The notes: generated by a model not told the origin, from the letters alone. 64,000 nucleotides of DNA from Sminthopsis crassicaudata (GCF_048593235.1 NC_133618.1:178215162-178279161), one strand, 5' to 3'; counted from the first letter of the stretch, positions 37,200 to 52,030 are shown. Made by a program: numbers and translations.

Positions 37200-39500
37200 T
37201 AATTCTTAAGTCATTTCAGATATTTTTGAGTTCAGAATTTTCTTTCTCCCTCTCATTTCCCCAAACAAACTGTGAAAGAAAGAAGTATGATATAAATTAT
37301 ACATATGAAATCATGCAAAAGATATTTCCATGTTAGCCATGTTGCAAAAATAAGAAAATGAAGAAAGTGAAAAAAGTATGCTTTGATATGCATTCAGTCA
37401 CATTCAGTTCTTTCTCTGGATATAACTAGCATTTTTTTTTTAATCAAAAGTCCTCTGGAATTGTATTTTATCATTGTATTTATTACAATAGCTAAGTCAT
37501 TCAGAATTGATTATCATACTATATTGTTGTTACTCTGAAGGGTGTTTTGTTGGTTCTGCTCACTTTGTTTTACCTGAGTTCATATAAATTTCCCCAGATT
37601 TTTCTGAACCTATCTTGTTTATCATTTCTGATGGTCCAAAATTGTTCTGTCACAGTTATATATCACAACTTGCTCAGCCATTCTCTAATTGATAAGTATC
37701 ACATTTTCCAATTTTTGCCATCACTAAAATAATTGCAAAAAATATTTATGTACCAATAGGTTCTCATGCTTTTTCTTTGATCCCTTTGGGATAATGACTT
37801 AATCGTGGTATAGCTTGGTTAATATCTTGGGCATAGTTCCAAATTGCTCTTCAAAATGGTTGGATCAGTTTAGAACTTTACCAACAGTGCATTAGTATAC
37901 TAATTTTCCCCATATCTTCTCCAATGTATGTCATTTTCCTTTTCTGTTACATTAGCAAAACTGGTAGGCATATATATTATTCCCACTTTAAGCCCATTCT
38001 GATGAGTGTAAAGTTCAAGTACTTGACCCTCTCCCCCATAATTTTCCTTCCACCTGTGGCTCTTTAATGACAAATAATTTTCTTTGTTCTTTTACTCTTC
38101 CCTTTTCTCTTAGTGCATCCTTAATTTTTTATTAGTCCTTTATTTATTTACTCCTTATTTTATTATTCCTTAATTTTATTTTATTATTTTATTTGTTACT
38201 ACTTGATTTATTTTTTAGATCATATCATCACAGTCAATTCATACCCTATATTCTGGTTTAGCTAGTAACAATAAAGCTTTTAAGAATTACAAATATCAAC
38301 TCCCTACATAGAAATGCCATTAATTGAGTGGCTAATTTGAGTTGCTAATACTTTTTCTTTCATTCACTTGTTTATGATTCTCTTGAGTTTTGTAATGAAA
38401 GTCAGATTAACTATTCAGCCCTGATCTTTTCATCAGGAATTCTCAAAAGTCTTCTATTTCATTAAATTTTCATTTTTTTTCCTCAAGGATTTTACTCAGA
38501 ATCTTGATATAGTATTACAAGAAATCATCAAAGGAAAACTTGAAGCTCTAGAATAAGAAGGCAAAGCAGAAATAGGAAAAAAAAAATTAGCTGATAATCA
38601 ACTGAAAGAATTCCAGGAAGAAAATTTACAAGAATACCAGTTAAGTTTTAGAGCTCTTGGATTAAGGAGAAAATATTGGCAGCAACAAGAAAAAATAATT
38701 TAAACATAATGGAGCTACAAAAAGAATTGCACAAGACTGAGAAGCTATTATGTTGATGGACCATAGGTCTTGAAATGCTATATTCTTTAGAGCAAAAGAG
38801 GGGAGGTTATGGTATAAGGTAACTTATGCAGCAAAGTTAAGTATAATCCTTAATGAAAAAAGGACATTTAACAAACTGAAAGATTTTCAGGCTTTTTGTG
38901 ACAAAAAACTTCAGAACTTAAGGGGAAATTTGATATATGATATCCAGGGGAAATTTAAGGTAATCATTAAAGACCAATTACAAGTGTTTCAATAAGGGCA
39001 AATTGTTTATATAAGTGAAAATATTACTGCACATATAATTGTAATCATTATTTGGGTAGTTTGAAAGAAAGTCTTGAACTGAGTTGTGGGGTTATTTTAA
39101 AAAATAAAACTATGTGTGAAGAGATAAAAGGGAATAATTATTTCAAATAAATGAGACATAAAAGGGAAAAAATGATACAGAAGAAGCTAGTAGGAGAGAA
39201 GCAAGTAGTATTGGAACCTTACTCTGATTGGGAATGGGTTAAAGAGGGAAATTATGAATATATATATAAAACTCTTCTAAATTCAGAAAAAAATAAGAGG
39301 GCAAGAGGTAGAGGGTGTGGGAAGAGGGACTTTAAAAGGATTAGATAGGTTAAGGAATAGGAGGGTAAGATGGTGGGCAGAAGTAAATGTGATAAGAAAA
39401 ATTGTGAGGAAAAATAGGAAGGAAGAAAATAAACCAATAATTGTTGATAGAATATGAATGGGATGAATTTACCCATACCATAGACAGACCTTTGAAAAAT
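37200..39500. mobile_element. L1 fragments: - strand ~37200-38480, + strand ORF1 end/inter-ORF ~38480-39500
   Basis: L1 3'UTR and ORF1 motifs in opposite orientations. Confidence 0.6.
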
Positions 39501-40150
39501 AGCTATAGCTAGTGTATAACATGAATAAAGCTCTAGCAAAGAAGACTGAGAAAGAGTAATCAGACTAATAAGGAAAGAATGAAGAGTGAATAGTGTCATG
39601 AATACTTAGAGAAAAGAGAATTTATAGAGGAAGGAAGTAATTAGTAATGTCAAAGACTGCAGAAAGATTAAAAAGGAAGAAACTGTTAAAAAAAAGCCAT
39701 GCTATTTGAAAATGGTTTTGCCAAGATCAATTTCAATTGGAAAATATAGTCATAAGACAGGCAGTGGTTTTAGAAATATATTTAGAGAGGAAGTAGAGAC
39801 CTCTAGTATGAATAGCTTTCTCAAGGAGCTTGGTTGAGGAGAAGAGAGACTACAATAGCTAGCAGATATAGTTGGATTCAGTGAAAGTTTTTTTCTTAAA
39901 TGGATGGGGAACACACAGGCATGTTTATAGGCACCAAGAAAGAAGCCCATAGGTAGAAAGACACTGGAGATCAGAGATAGTATAGGGATAATAGAGAGTA
40001 ATCTTTTGGAGAAAACCAAATGAACCAAGTTCATTTAGAGGAGTTTTCTTTAGTTAAAGGAAGGAGTACTTCTTCAAGAGAAACAGGAGTGAGATAGTGG
40101 GGGGAAGATATTTGAGTGATGTAAGATGAGGAGAGAAGTAGAGAGCTAAG
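39500..40150 (-). mobile_element. L2 fragment
   Basis: Purine-rich reverse-strand L2 remnant. Confidence 0.6.
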
Positions 40151-41597
40151 TGTCCTTAATTTTTGTTGTACTTGTGAGTGACTTTGAGTAAACATCTTTT
40201 TTAGAGTATGAATCTGAGGTACAACTGGAAAAGTTTAGACATAAATAGGACTCACCCATTATTAGTTAGGCTTAACTTTGCAAATAGAGAGGGGCTAATG
40301 CCAGCTTGGAAATGAAAAAGAGAGGGGCATTGAGTGGTAAAACTCCAGGGAAAAATGCCTGGAACACAGATCTCTTCTCTCTTTTACCTCATCCTCCTTT
40401 AAAATTTCCCATCCTGGTTTTTATGTGAAAGTGTTCACATAGTCCCTCATAACCACGGAATCTCACATATGGAAAGGACTATTGAGGTCATCCAGTGTAA
40501 TCATACCCGACCAAGAATTTCCTCTTCAACATTTCCAATGAATTATCATCTAGTATTTGCTTAAAAACCTTCAATGTTAGTAAAATAAATCTAATAAATT
40601 ATCAGCACTCCTTAAGGCAATTGTAAGATCAGAGAGCTTTTTACTGTTTCATTATTAGTTTGAAAACAGAAGAGAAGCACATTTCTCTCCAGCAGGGGAG
40701 ACAGGAAGACTAGAAGGAAAACAGTTAGCAGAGAAGTGGCTTCCATATTGTACAAATTACTGACAAAGAAACCAAGGAAGCCTACTTCTGGGAGCAAGGA
40801 TCATGGTTATTCAAAGAACATTTCAAGAGTTTCCCTTTGCATCTTGCTAATCCATTATATAAGCTTTTCATTTATTAGCCATTTATTCTTACACAAGACA
40901 TTATACCTCTGCTTGTTTACATTTTATGGAAGCTATAAGAATGAAATGAGTTAACACATGTGCAAGCACTTTTCAAATTATAAAACATATAAATATAAGG
41001 GGATATTTATAACAATTAAATTCTAAAATATGTATTGTGTACAGAGTTCTATCCCAAGCAATGTGTGTGAGTCATCAGGAAAGAAGATACTGCTTCAGGA
41101 TATGAGATAAGTCTATCTACCAGTCAATATGGACCAATTGTGATAAGGATAAAGAAAATATCAGAGCAGATACAATGGTATGCAGGTTCAAGGAAGGAAA
41201 AGATTAGTGCAAAATATACTGTATTTATAATGAGGTTTTGGGTTTAAATCCTGACTCTGCCTGTGTGGCCTTGGCCTTATTAATCCCCAGTTTCCTTATC
41301 TATAAAATGTTGGGATTGTATTGGATAACCTCCTTGATTCTTTCTAGTTCTAAATCAATAATTCTATGTATTGATATCAATTTAGGACATTTTGGCAAGT
41401 TTTCTTATAGGAGGAAGATCTAAGCAAGGTCTAAAAGTCTCTTGAGAGGCAGATGTGGGAGAGAGGATTTTTCAAAGAAACCATTATAAGGAAAGGAGGA
41501 GATGAAGCATGGGAAATGTTAGACAAACAGGTCGATATCCATTTAGGATAGAGTGTGGGGTACACACATTTTGTGTATGTGTGTGTGTTGTGTGTGC

Positions 41598-41632
<35 letters not shown>

Positions 41633-44089
41633 TTATCATTATTAGAGCACGTTTTTAGAAGAATGAAATATTTTGACAATGCTATTATCATTAATAGAAG
41701 TATTTATATATTACTTTCAGGTTAGCAAAATATTTTGTAAACATCTAATGTTAATATTCACAATAATCCTAGGGTACTAGTTATTTTTACTCAAATACTC
41801 CTTCAATGACTCATAATGGTATTAAGGTGATCCTGGACTTATGAGATTTTGCTGTCTGAAAATAAGCTCCAGCACACTCTACACTAAGCTTTAAATTTTT
41901 TTTGCAGGCTTTTGTGACAGTCATCCAATGATCAGCTTCACCAAGGTCTGAGAAACTTATCAACAGATTGTCACTGGGGGAGTGAATAACAACTTAGGAA
42001 ATGAGTGTATCCACTGAAAGAATTCTTCATAAGATAAAATAAAAAATAACATCTACAAAAATTTTGAAGAACTATTATTATCATATCATGGTGATGTTTC
42101 TGGTCCCATATGTAAGATAAGATAAATGAAGAATTCTTTAGGTGGAAAGACTTGGAAGAGAGTCAGACTCACAGTAGAACTCAACCTTCTCATTCTCTAT
42201 CTAATTAACTTTTATACCAAATCCATCTGTAAAAGGAATTGGATCAAATGATCCCTGAGTTAAAACTAGTTCTTGATGTATGATTCCATGATTGGCCAAA
42301 GTGTCATAGAATTTCAGAGGAAGTAAACTGGAACTATAGATTGCAGTTAGTTAATTTTCCTCATCATGCACTGCTTGACATTTTAAAATCTACCCTTCAT
42401 ATATAAATTAAGCTGCAATTAAATTAATCTGTAGGATGGTAAGGTAAGCTTATCAAGATACAAAGAGACAAGAAATGTTATAGTATTATCAATATTTTCT
42501 ACCAGTTTTCCTTTTTAAAATGTCAAGGTAGTATAAGCAAAGAATAAATAAAACAATATATTTCTTTGATTCTGTTTTTAATGTTCAGGGTTAAAGAACT
42601 TTATGATTGTTATTCCTTCTACAGATCTTTGATTACTCTGATAATCGCCAGATAAACCCTACTCCAATGTAGATCATAAACTAATAGATAAGCTAATGAT
42701 TTTACAGATGAGGAAACTAGGCATAAGGAGCTTGTTACTTGATCAAAGAAGTCACATAGATAACAAGCTTCAAAGGTGAGATCTAAACTAGGTCCTCTTG
42801 AGAGCTCAAGTTCTTTCCACTGTCTTACTCTACCTGCCTAAACCATTCTATATCATTAAGAAAATTATAGTCATTAACTCAAGCCTGATCTGAACAGACT
42901 AAAACAATCTTGCCACAAATCAGAACTAATTCTTCTGGTTTTCCATATCTTTCAGCATAATCAAAACAAAATCCATTAATTGTGTGTTTGTTCATACTTT
43001 TACTCAACAGAGAAATTAGGCTTTGCTTAAACACAGCCTTTTATCTTGGTCATTTGAATCCTAATTAGAAATTATCTTGGCTTCTGGAGCAAATGGCATT
43101 AGGGTGATGGATGGAGATAATTGCTGACACAAGGGCCAATATTTGAGGAAGATGAAGACAACTCAGGAACCATGGCAGAGCAGGAAAAGGGCTATCAATA
43201 GCTAGCCTTTTAATTCAACTTATTATTCTCATTAACTAGATGCTTAAACTATCATCTGATCTGTTGTAGGAGGATAACAATGCAGTGAGAAGCATTTAGC
43301 CAAAGAGAATATTCCAAATGTAAATTTTTATACAGTCCTTAAGTTTGCAAACTACTATCAAAACTTGCATAAGATGGTAGATCCTACAGATATGATTATT
43401 ATTATTTTGGGGCATGTGGTAAAACCTGATTTGGTTTGATTGGCATAGGAAGCATCTTATGAATAAACTCAATTGTCATAAGATTGCTGTCAGAACATTA
43501 AAGGACTTAGCAATTGACTTAAGGTAATACAGCCATTATACATCAGAAAGAGGACTTAAACCTAGAACCTTGACTTTGAAATCATATCTCTAAAAGCAAT
43601 ACCATACTTTTTCTCATCCTCACTGTGCATGTGATGAAATTGAAGGTGAGATAGAATAAAGTTCTTGTCCAGAATGGTAAAAATAGTAAATCAAAGAACT
43701 AGGACTCACTGTAGGATATCTTAGGTTTGGTAGTCTTTCCATCATGCCACATGATCTCATGGCTAGTCAGTCAATCAACAAGTTTTTATTAATACTATGG
43801 GCCAGGCTCTCTGCTAAGTGCTGTGATAGAAAATTTCCCATTTTGTATCTTCAGTTTCCTATTCTTACAGTGCCCTTTCCCAATTGATTTGTTTGTTTCT
43901 TTCTCATTCTTTAAGACCTACTCAAATGTCAATTCCATGAAACTTCCTTGGTACTGTATCCAACAGTAATTTTTCCTCCAATTTAGCATAGCATTTTCTA
44001 CATCCTTTTCACATTCTGTCTTGTCCAGAATAAAACTTTTTTCTTTGGTTAAAGTTCCTCTAAATGTGCTACCTTTCCCAATTAAATTT

Positions 44090-44600
44090 CACCTTTTAAG
44101 GAAGTTGATTTCAGAAAAGCCTGAAAAAACTTACAAGAACTAATGCTAAATGAAGTGAGCAGAGCCAAGAAACACAGTAACAAGATTATGTGATGATCAA
44201 ATAGGATGAATTTGACTCTTTTCAACAATGAGTGATTTAAGTGATTCAAGGAAATTCTAATAGACTTGTGATAGAAAGTGCCATCTATATCCAGAGAAAG
44301 ATCTATGAAGACTGAATGCAGAACAAAGCATAGTATTTTCACTGTGTTGTTGTTGTTTGTCAGTTTGTTTTTTTCCCCTTTCTTGTGTTCTTTTCTCTTT
44401 TGATCCTTTTTTTTTTCTCAGCATGATGGATATAGAAATATGTTTAGAAGAACTGAATAACGCATTTTACCTATATCAGATTGTTTGGGGTAGGGGCCAA
44501 GGGGAGGAAAGGGAGAAAAATCTGGTTTTGCAATAGGGAATGTTGAAAACTATCTTTGCATGCATTTGAAAAAAATAAAATACCATTAAAAAGTTTTATC
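44090..44600 (+). mobile_element. L1 3'UTR fragment
   Basis: gaactaatgctaaatgaagtgagcagagccaag...aaaactatctttgcatgcatttgaaaaaaataaaa. Confidence 0.85.
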
Positions 44601-47600
44601 TTTTTTATTTTTAGTGTCAGTTTCCCCAGTACATAGTTAAGTGCTTAGTCCATAGTGAATGCTTAAGAAGTGCTTTTTCTTTCATTCATTTATGGTTGAT
44701 CCAGAACATAGTATGTATGGTGGAATTAACTCTGAGGACTGTGAAGAGTAGAAGCTATGCTTTAATTTTGATCTGTTATTTAAAACTACTTATAAAACCT
44801 TGGTCTAGCCACTTTTCTCTTAGTCTTAGTTCTTCCTCTATAAAATTTTATTTCCAAGATTCCTTCCAAACTTAAATCCCATGACCCTACAGGGGTATAT
44901 ATCAACTTGACTACATTATGAGTTTCACAAGGACAGTGACCATGTTTCTTTTGTCTTTATAATTCTCCTAGCATCTATTAGTCTATCTTCCATCTACATA
45001 ATTAACATTTTTTTTTTTTGCTTTTTTAATTCTTGAAAGACTGGGAACACCAGCAAAAACTTTCTGCTAGAGACTGAAGTCAGAGGTTTGGGGGTGTAAA
45101 ACATAGTTCCTAGGGATATAATCATGGGTGAAGTGACTGGGCAAAAGTATTGGTCAGCAGAGTATATTCTGCAACTCTCTCTCAGTATCCAAAATATGCT
45201 CAGCATTCCTTTGCTCTAGCAGATAAGCTTGGTTACCATCCATGTCTTTTGGCCTCCACTACTGCCTCCCACAAGACATACATTTTACTTCATGCAGGAA
45301 AAATGGAAGTGGGATACAATAATAAAATAGAGGGATTATTTATATTGTGGAAAAACTTAGGACAGTTTTGTATATGTACAAGGACAGACATCCTTTGTAA
45401 ATTCTATTACTCTTCATGAAATAGAAGACAAATCTGGTGTATCATTTGCCATATCAGCTACTGTTCTTTTTCTTAATTGGCATGACTCATAGGTAATCTT
45501 GGGGAAATAATCCAAAGTAGGACATACATACAGAGATTCAGGCTGACATTATGAACTTGATGCTAGAATTATATTTGAACTATAGAAATGGGATTATAAG
45601 AATTGATAGGGATTCTTTTCTAAACACTTGAATTGGTTCTTGAATTTCTTTGAGTTTAATAATAGCAAAGGTGATAATATCCACTATTGATTCAGTTTGC
45701 TCCAGAAAGACTTTTCCCTGTTTTAGCAGCTATGATATTTTCAAGAACATATAGTGGTTTTTCTCTTCTAAGGTTCTTTAAAAAAAATGCCAAGGGAGTC
45801 AATGTCACAGGGTACTTACCCAAGTACCTATGATAATGCTTCAGAAATCCTTAAGAGACTGAACATTTGTCAAATTGATGTTGCCTTTGAAAGCCAAGAT
45901 CAGAAATGTGAGATGTATGGAGAAGACGGAGATTAGAAGAATTGATGCAATAGGAGAGGAGAAATGAGCAAAATAACCTTACTAGTGGGCTATTTCAACA
46001 ATGACCCAGAAATCAGAATGACAAGTATTGAATGAGGAATGAGCTATATGATCATAGTTGAAGTTAGAAGAGTCTCTTAAAATTTAATGAATTTCCATTA
46101 TCTGTCAAACACCATGTAATATGAAGGAAAGAGCTCTTAAAGAAACTCAGGAGGTGAAGAAAATGAGTAGTGTCACTTCTGTAAATCCTTAGCTATATGT
46201 TCTAAGGAAAGTCAATTATCATCTTAAACTTAATTTCCTGCTTTATAAAAAAAGAATCTTGGCCAAGATGATCTCTAAAATCTCTTCTATAGTACTGATA
46301 ATATTTTATATTCTACTTCTGTATTCCATTATGATTGAAACACAGGTTTTCATTATTATTATTGGTTTTATTTTAAAATTTTATTTTAAATTTATGAAAT
46401 AAAAATAACATTGTAGAAAATATTTATTGCACATGAAAGTGAGACCCAGATTTTCATCCAGCTAATAATACATTTAATGCAAATAATACAAAATAAGAGA
46501 ATTTAAGAGTTTTAGGATTACAAAGACAACCCGTTGGACCTAATATAAATCTAATTTCAAGATTAGAAAAGCTATCTTGGCAATGAGGGACTTTTTAGTA
46601 AATTCAAGATTCAAGCCTACAGTGAAAAGGTTTTAAATGGGAACTATATCCAAAGAAGGCAGTCAATGAATCAACAAATATTAAATGCCTACTATGTGCT
46701 AGGAACTGTATAGACACAAAGAGGGTAATATCTCTTTCAAGGATTACATTATCTGAAAATTTTGGTTCAGAGAAGCTTAACCACAAAGATTTTATATATA
46801 GGCAATTTTCCCTAATGAATCAAAAACTTCAATTTATTTATAGTTGAACTTTAAGGTCATAGTATTGATTTTGCACAGGATGGAAATAGGACTGATCAGA
46901 TAGTAAGTGAGGTAAAGAAGAGAGGATAGGAGGGTATGGGAAGAAAAGAAAAGGAAGAAAAAGAAGGGCAGTTAGAAGAGATGATTGATAAGTGCAATAA
47001 AAGGGAGGCATTTGAGGAGAATAATAAAAACTTCCTGGCAAAGGAGATTTCAAAAAGCAAAGTGTAATTGTGAGCAAATCAATTATACCTATGATTATTT
47101 GAAGTTTCTCTACTATTATATGACATTTTGAATGAAGCCTAAAAAGCTGACTTGGGTTCAAAACACTTATCAACCCACTTCCTCTTTGTGTCATGCACTG
47201 AGGAGTAAAAAAGGTATGTCAAATATTGATAGCATCCACTAGGCAAATTATGCTGTGTCCTGTGGTTTTTGTTAAATAACAGGAATCAAAGATTAGGAGA
47301 GACTCCTCAAAAATCAGCAATGGTCAATATCATCATCATCATAACAGCATGGATGCAGAGAAAAGGCTGCTGTACTTGGAGTCAGAGAACCTGCATTTAA
47401 ATTTTGGCACTGCCACTTAATTGTCTGTGTGACTTAAGGCAAGTCACTTAATTTCTCTGCTCCTGGGTTCTCTTATATGTAAAATGAAGGAATTACATCA
47501 GATGACCTCTAAATATCCTTCAGTTCTAAATCTATGATTTTACCCTCTTACACTGTCTTAGATTTTTTTTTTTTCTGATCTTTGTCTTATGCTCCATATC

Positions 47601-49680
47601 CATATTCATACAGTAACTGCATCTGGAATTCTCTATTTAATTCAAGGTGCCACACATTTTATTAAGGACATTGAAAAGTATGATCAGGAAGGTGTGGGAC
47701 TTGAGATAGCATCATAAGGGATCAGTTAGAGGAACTGAGGTTAATCAGCCTGAAGAAGGCATAAGGAGCCATGTGAATGTTGTCTTCACGTGTGAGGGTG
47801 GTTGTTTCAGGCCTCAAAAGGCAGGCAAACTTTAGAGAAGCAGATTGTCTTTCAAATTGCTGTCCAGAAATGCCATTTCTCTCTCACTGTCAGTTCAAGT
47901 CAGAACTGGAAGATCACTTGCTAGAGAGATATGGTTAAGTAGATTCTCCATCATTTGCAAGATGAACCATCTGACCTCCAAGATGCTTTTTGAGCCCTAG
48001 GTTCTATGCTTCTGGACTTCTAATACGTTGAGGACAAAGAAAAGATCATCTCCTAAGTGTTTCTCTTGAACTTAATATAATCATAAAATGTAAGAACTGA
48101 AAGATACTTTAGATATCAATTCTTCCAAATCTCTCAGTCTTATAACTGAGGCAATTAAGACTCAGAGAACAAAATGGATCAGTGGAGAAGCACAATCTCA
48201 GCATCTAGTCTATTTGAAATACTAATGCCAAAGTAATCTTTCTTAAGAGCAGATATGATCATGTGATCACACTACTCAGTCACTACAATGGTTTTCTATT
48301 GCCTCTGGAAAAAAAAATATAAACTTCTCTTTTTATTCTTTAAAGCCCTAATCAACCTGGACCCATTTATCTTTTCAATTTCATTGAATATTACTCACTT
48401 TTCTGCATTCTGTAATACAGGAAAACTGGTTCCTTGAACTCAGCTCTCTGAATCTCCATGTCTTTGCAGTAGGCTTCATATACTTGAAATGCATTCCCTC
48501 CCTCCCTCCACCTCATATAGTCCCTATCTTCTTTAAAGTACTGCTTCAAACACCATCTTCTGATTGAAAACCTTCATTATCCCCTAAATGTAGTGCTTTC
48601 CTTCCCAAATTACCTCACATTTATTCTCTATATTTTGTGTTATGTATTTATTCTTTACACATGTATGTGTGTATACACATACTTGTTGCTTCTCTTATTA
48701 GAATATAAGCTCAGTGAGTAAGGATGGTTTTATTCTTTGTCATTATATCCTCAGCACCTAGCATTGTGTCTGGCACATAGTAAATGCTTAATCAATACTT
48801 GTTTGATGGTTGATAATAGACCCTAATCAAAATAGTGATGAGGTTTAGGTATATCATGTTAAATCAATTAAAGGGGAATTAAAGCAAAGGCCAAAGCAAA
48901 CAAGCTCTTTTTAAAAGCTCTTTACAATTTGTGGTCTTTGTACACTGCTTTCCTTCCTCAGCTCCTTCTAATTTCTAAGGATAAAACTGTTTAAGCCACA
49001 AGTTGACAAGTTTAACCTAATATAACAATATAAGATCTGTGATCAAACAATTCCTTTTAAACTACAAAGGAAAGAAGATTCACTGGTAGAAGGTAATGAA
49101 TGTGGCACTTGATAAGTTCCCATTTTTCCTACTAACCAGGGAATTAGGAGACATTAAAGGATAAAAGATGTCTGGATTTCTCAGAACTGATGTTATTAGC
49201 AGTATTTTATTATTACGGGTACAATACTAGAGATATAAAAAATGAAGTAGAAACTTCCTCTGCCTTCAAGAAGATTATATTCTACTATGAAGATATGGCA
49301 TGCACATAGATGATGAAATATAAAATAGTTTGAGGAGAGGAGAATATTAACAAGTGAATGAATCAGGGAAAGCTTCATGGAACAAGTAGCTAGTCTTGAA
49401 AGAAGGCAAGGAGGCTCATAAATTCCCCACTATCAAAAAATCCTCACTTGATTCTTCCATTTTTCACTATTATTCCATATATCTTCTTCCCCTTGGGGCT
49501 AAACTCTTTGAGATGGCCCTCTACAATAGGTTCTTTTACTTCCTCTCTTTTCATTCTTTTCTTAATTCTATGACTGAGATTTAGTCTCATCATTCAATCA
49601 AAACTGCCCTCTCCAAAATTATCTGTTTTCTCTTAATTACCAAATCCAATGGACCTTTCTTGATCTTTATCTTTCTTCTC

Positions 49681-49830
49681 TTATTTATTTTGCTGAGGCA
49701 ATTGGAGTTAAGTGACTTGCCCACGATCACACAGCTAGGAAGCGTTAGGTGTCTGAGGTCACATTTGAACTCAGATCCTCCTGATTTTAGGGCTGGCATT
49801 CTATTATCTATAGCACCACCTGGCTGCCTC
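49681..49830 (-). mobile_element. WSINE1-type SINE, full length, inserted in L2
   Basis: Reverse complement: gaggcagccaggtggtgcta...gagttcaaatgtgacctcagacacctaacgcttcctagctgtgtgatcgtgggcaagtcacttaactccaattgcctcagcaaaa. Confidence 0.85.
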
Positions 49831-50289
49831 TTCCTATCTTCTTTTTTATGATCTTTGTCTTTCTTGACTTTTCTATAACTTTTAACACTGTTGATCCACT
49901 TCCCCCCCCCAATATTTTCTTCTCCCTAGATTTTTGGGATATTCTTGATACTCTTTCCAGGTTCTCTTCTTACTTGTCTTTTAATTCCTTTTTAGTCTTT
50001 ACTGAATCTTCATCCAGACCCTTCCCACTAAATGTGTTTGTTCCATAAGGATCTATTCTGGACTATCTTCTCTTCTCCCTCTCTGCTATGTTAGTTGGTA
50101 ATCTCATCAATGACTATGGATTTAATTGCCATCCTTATATTGATAATTGTCAAATGTACCTATCCAGTCCTTACCTTTCTGCTGAACCTAGTCTCCTATT
50201 TCCAATTGCCTTTGGGACATCTAGAAGTGTATTTAAGTAGACATCTTAAAATCAACATGTCTAAAAGCGAACTCATTGTATTTCCCTTT

Positions 50290-51130
50290 AAATGCTTTCC
50301 TTCTACTGGAAATGGAATAGATGCTCCTCAGTTGGGGGATGAATGAATAAGTATTTAATGGAATATTATCGTTCTGTAAGAAATGATGAATAGTTTTTCA
50401 ATAGCAAGGTGATTCAGGCCATTTCCAATAGTCTTTTGATGGAGAAAGCCATTTGTACCTAGAGAGAGGACTGTGGGGATTGGGTATGGATAACAACACA
50501 GTATTTTCACTTTTTGTTGTGGTTTGCTTGCATTTTGCCTTCTTTCTCATTTTTCCCTATTTGATCTGATTTTTTTGTGCAGAGTGATAATTATGGAAAT
50601 ATGCATAAAATAATTGCACAAGTTTAACATATGTTGGATTACTTGTTATCTAGGGAGAGAGTGGGGGGGAAGAGAGGAAGAAAAAATTTGGAATGCAAGG
50701 TTTTGCAAGGGTGAATGTCAAAAACTATATATATATATGTTTTGAAAATAAAAAGCTTTAAAAAATTAAAAAAAAGAAATTGTGAGCAGGCTGATTTCAG
50801 AATGTCCTGGAAAGACGTACATGAACTGATAGTCAGTGAAATGAGGAGAAACAAGAGAACATTGTACATGGCAAAAACAAGATTATGTGCTGATCAACTA
50901 TGATGGACTTGGCTCTTTTAAATAATGAGATTCAGGGAAATTTCAATAGACTTGTGATGGAAAGTGCCATCCACATTCAGAGGCTGAATGTAGATCAAAG
51001 TATAGTATTTTCACTTTTTGTTCTTGTTTGCTTGTTTTTTCTTTTTTGACATGATTTTTTTTGCATAGCATGATGAATATGGAAATATGTTCTGAAGAAC
51101 TGCACATGCATAATCTATGTTGGATTGCTT
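50290..51130 (+). mobile_element. Two tandem L1 3'UTR fragments
   Basis: Same L1 3' motifs as at 2230-3300 and 44090-44600. Confidence 0.85.
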
Positions 51131-52030
51131 AGCCAACAAGCTAAAGATTGGACTTTACTTTTGAAACTTAGAATGTTATCTGTAGCAAGAAACCACCTAT
51201 CCTAATCCCTTTCTTTTATAGAGATAAAAGGGACCTCATAGGCTAACTATCCTGAAACATAATAGAAAGTGAACAGAGTGACAGAGATAGCTCCAAAATC
51301 AGTTTGCATAATAATTTACATTTGTCAAAATGTTTTACTACCATTATGTTATTTGATCTCGACAACCCATTTTCTACTATCTCCTCATAACAGGCTGACA
51401 AATAGGCCAAACTACACTCGTTTTACAATATAGAAAATTGACACAGGTGAAATTTGGTAAGGAAGATCACCAGATTCTTACAGAGCCCTAGGTTTTAGGT
51501 TCCTATGTTGTATGGGACTTCAGAAGACTTGAGTTTAAATTCTGACTCAGAAACTCACTACTTATGTGATCTCAGGTAATATATATAAACTTGTCACATA
51601 TTTTTCTTCATCTGGGAATAATAAGGGGTTGTTGTTATAATCAAATGAAATATATGTAAAGCACTCTGAAATCTTAAATTGCTAAACAAATGCTAGCTAG
51701 CTATTATTATCTTTCCACTTCCCAACAATCTCCTGCAGGACATGCTACAACCCTCTCACTAGTAAACATGGCATTAAACCAAAAGTTTGACCTAATGCAC
51801 TATCAATTTCATGAAAAGGATGCACCTGTATCCAACTTGGAAAGAACAAAGAGCCCACAGACGTGCCTCCATCTTGAGATAAGGAATCAGACATATAGGA
51901 AGTGAGAAGTATTATCACACATACATCCTGAATGAAGCCCAGTAGTCTAAGAAGGTCAATGGGAACAGATCAAAGGAACTTCAAAGGGACTGGACTCCCT
52001 CCTCTTGAGAATCTGAGATCAAGGATCCTT

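Noticed and set aside
42025-42041. 17-mer cttcataagataaaata shared with ~60183-60199
   Set aside because: AT-rich and not extendable; no evidence of a duplication.
42064-42117. (TTG)KNYYYHIMVMFLVPY|GTAAGA, resembling a beta-defensin signal exon
   Set aside because: No ATG, wrong length and phase; hydrophobic runs are common in T-rich DNA.
45770-45890. Acceptor + LKKC ... CC; a similar GKLCCV at ~47190-47260
   Set aside because: Cys spacing cannot be reconciled without many indels; illustrates the chance background of such motifs.
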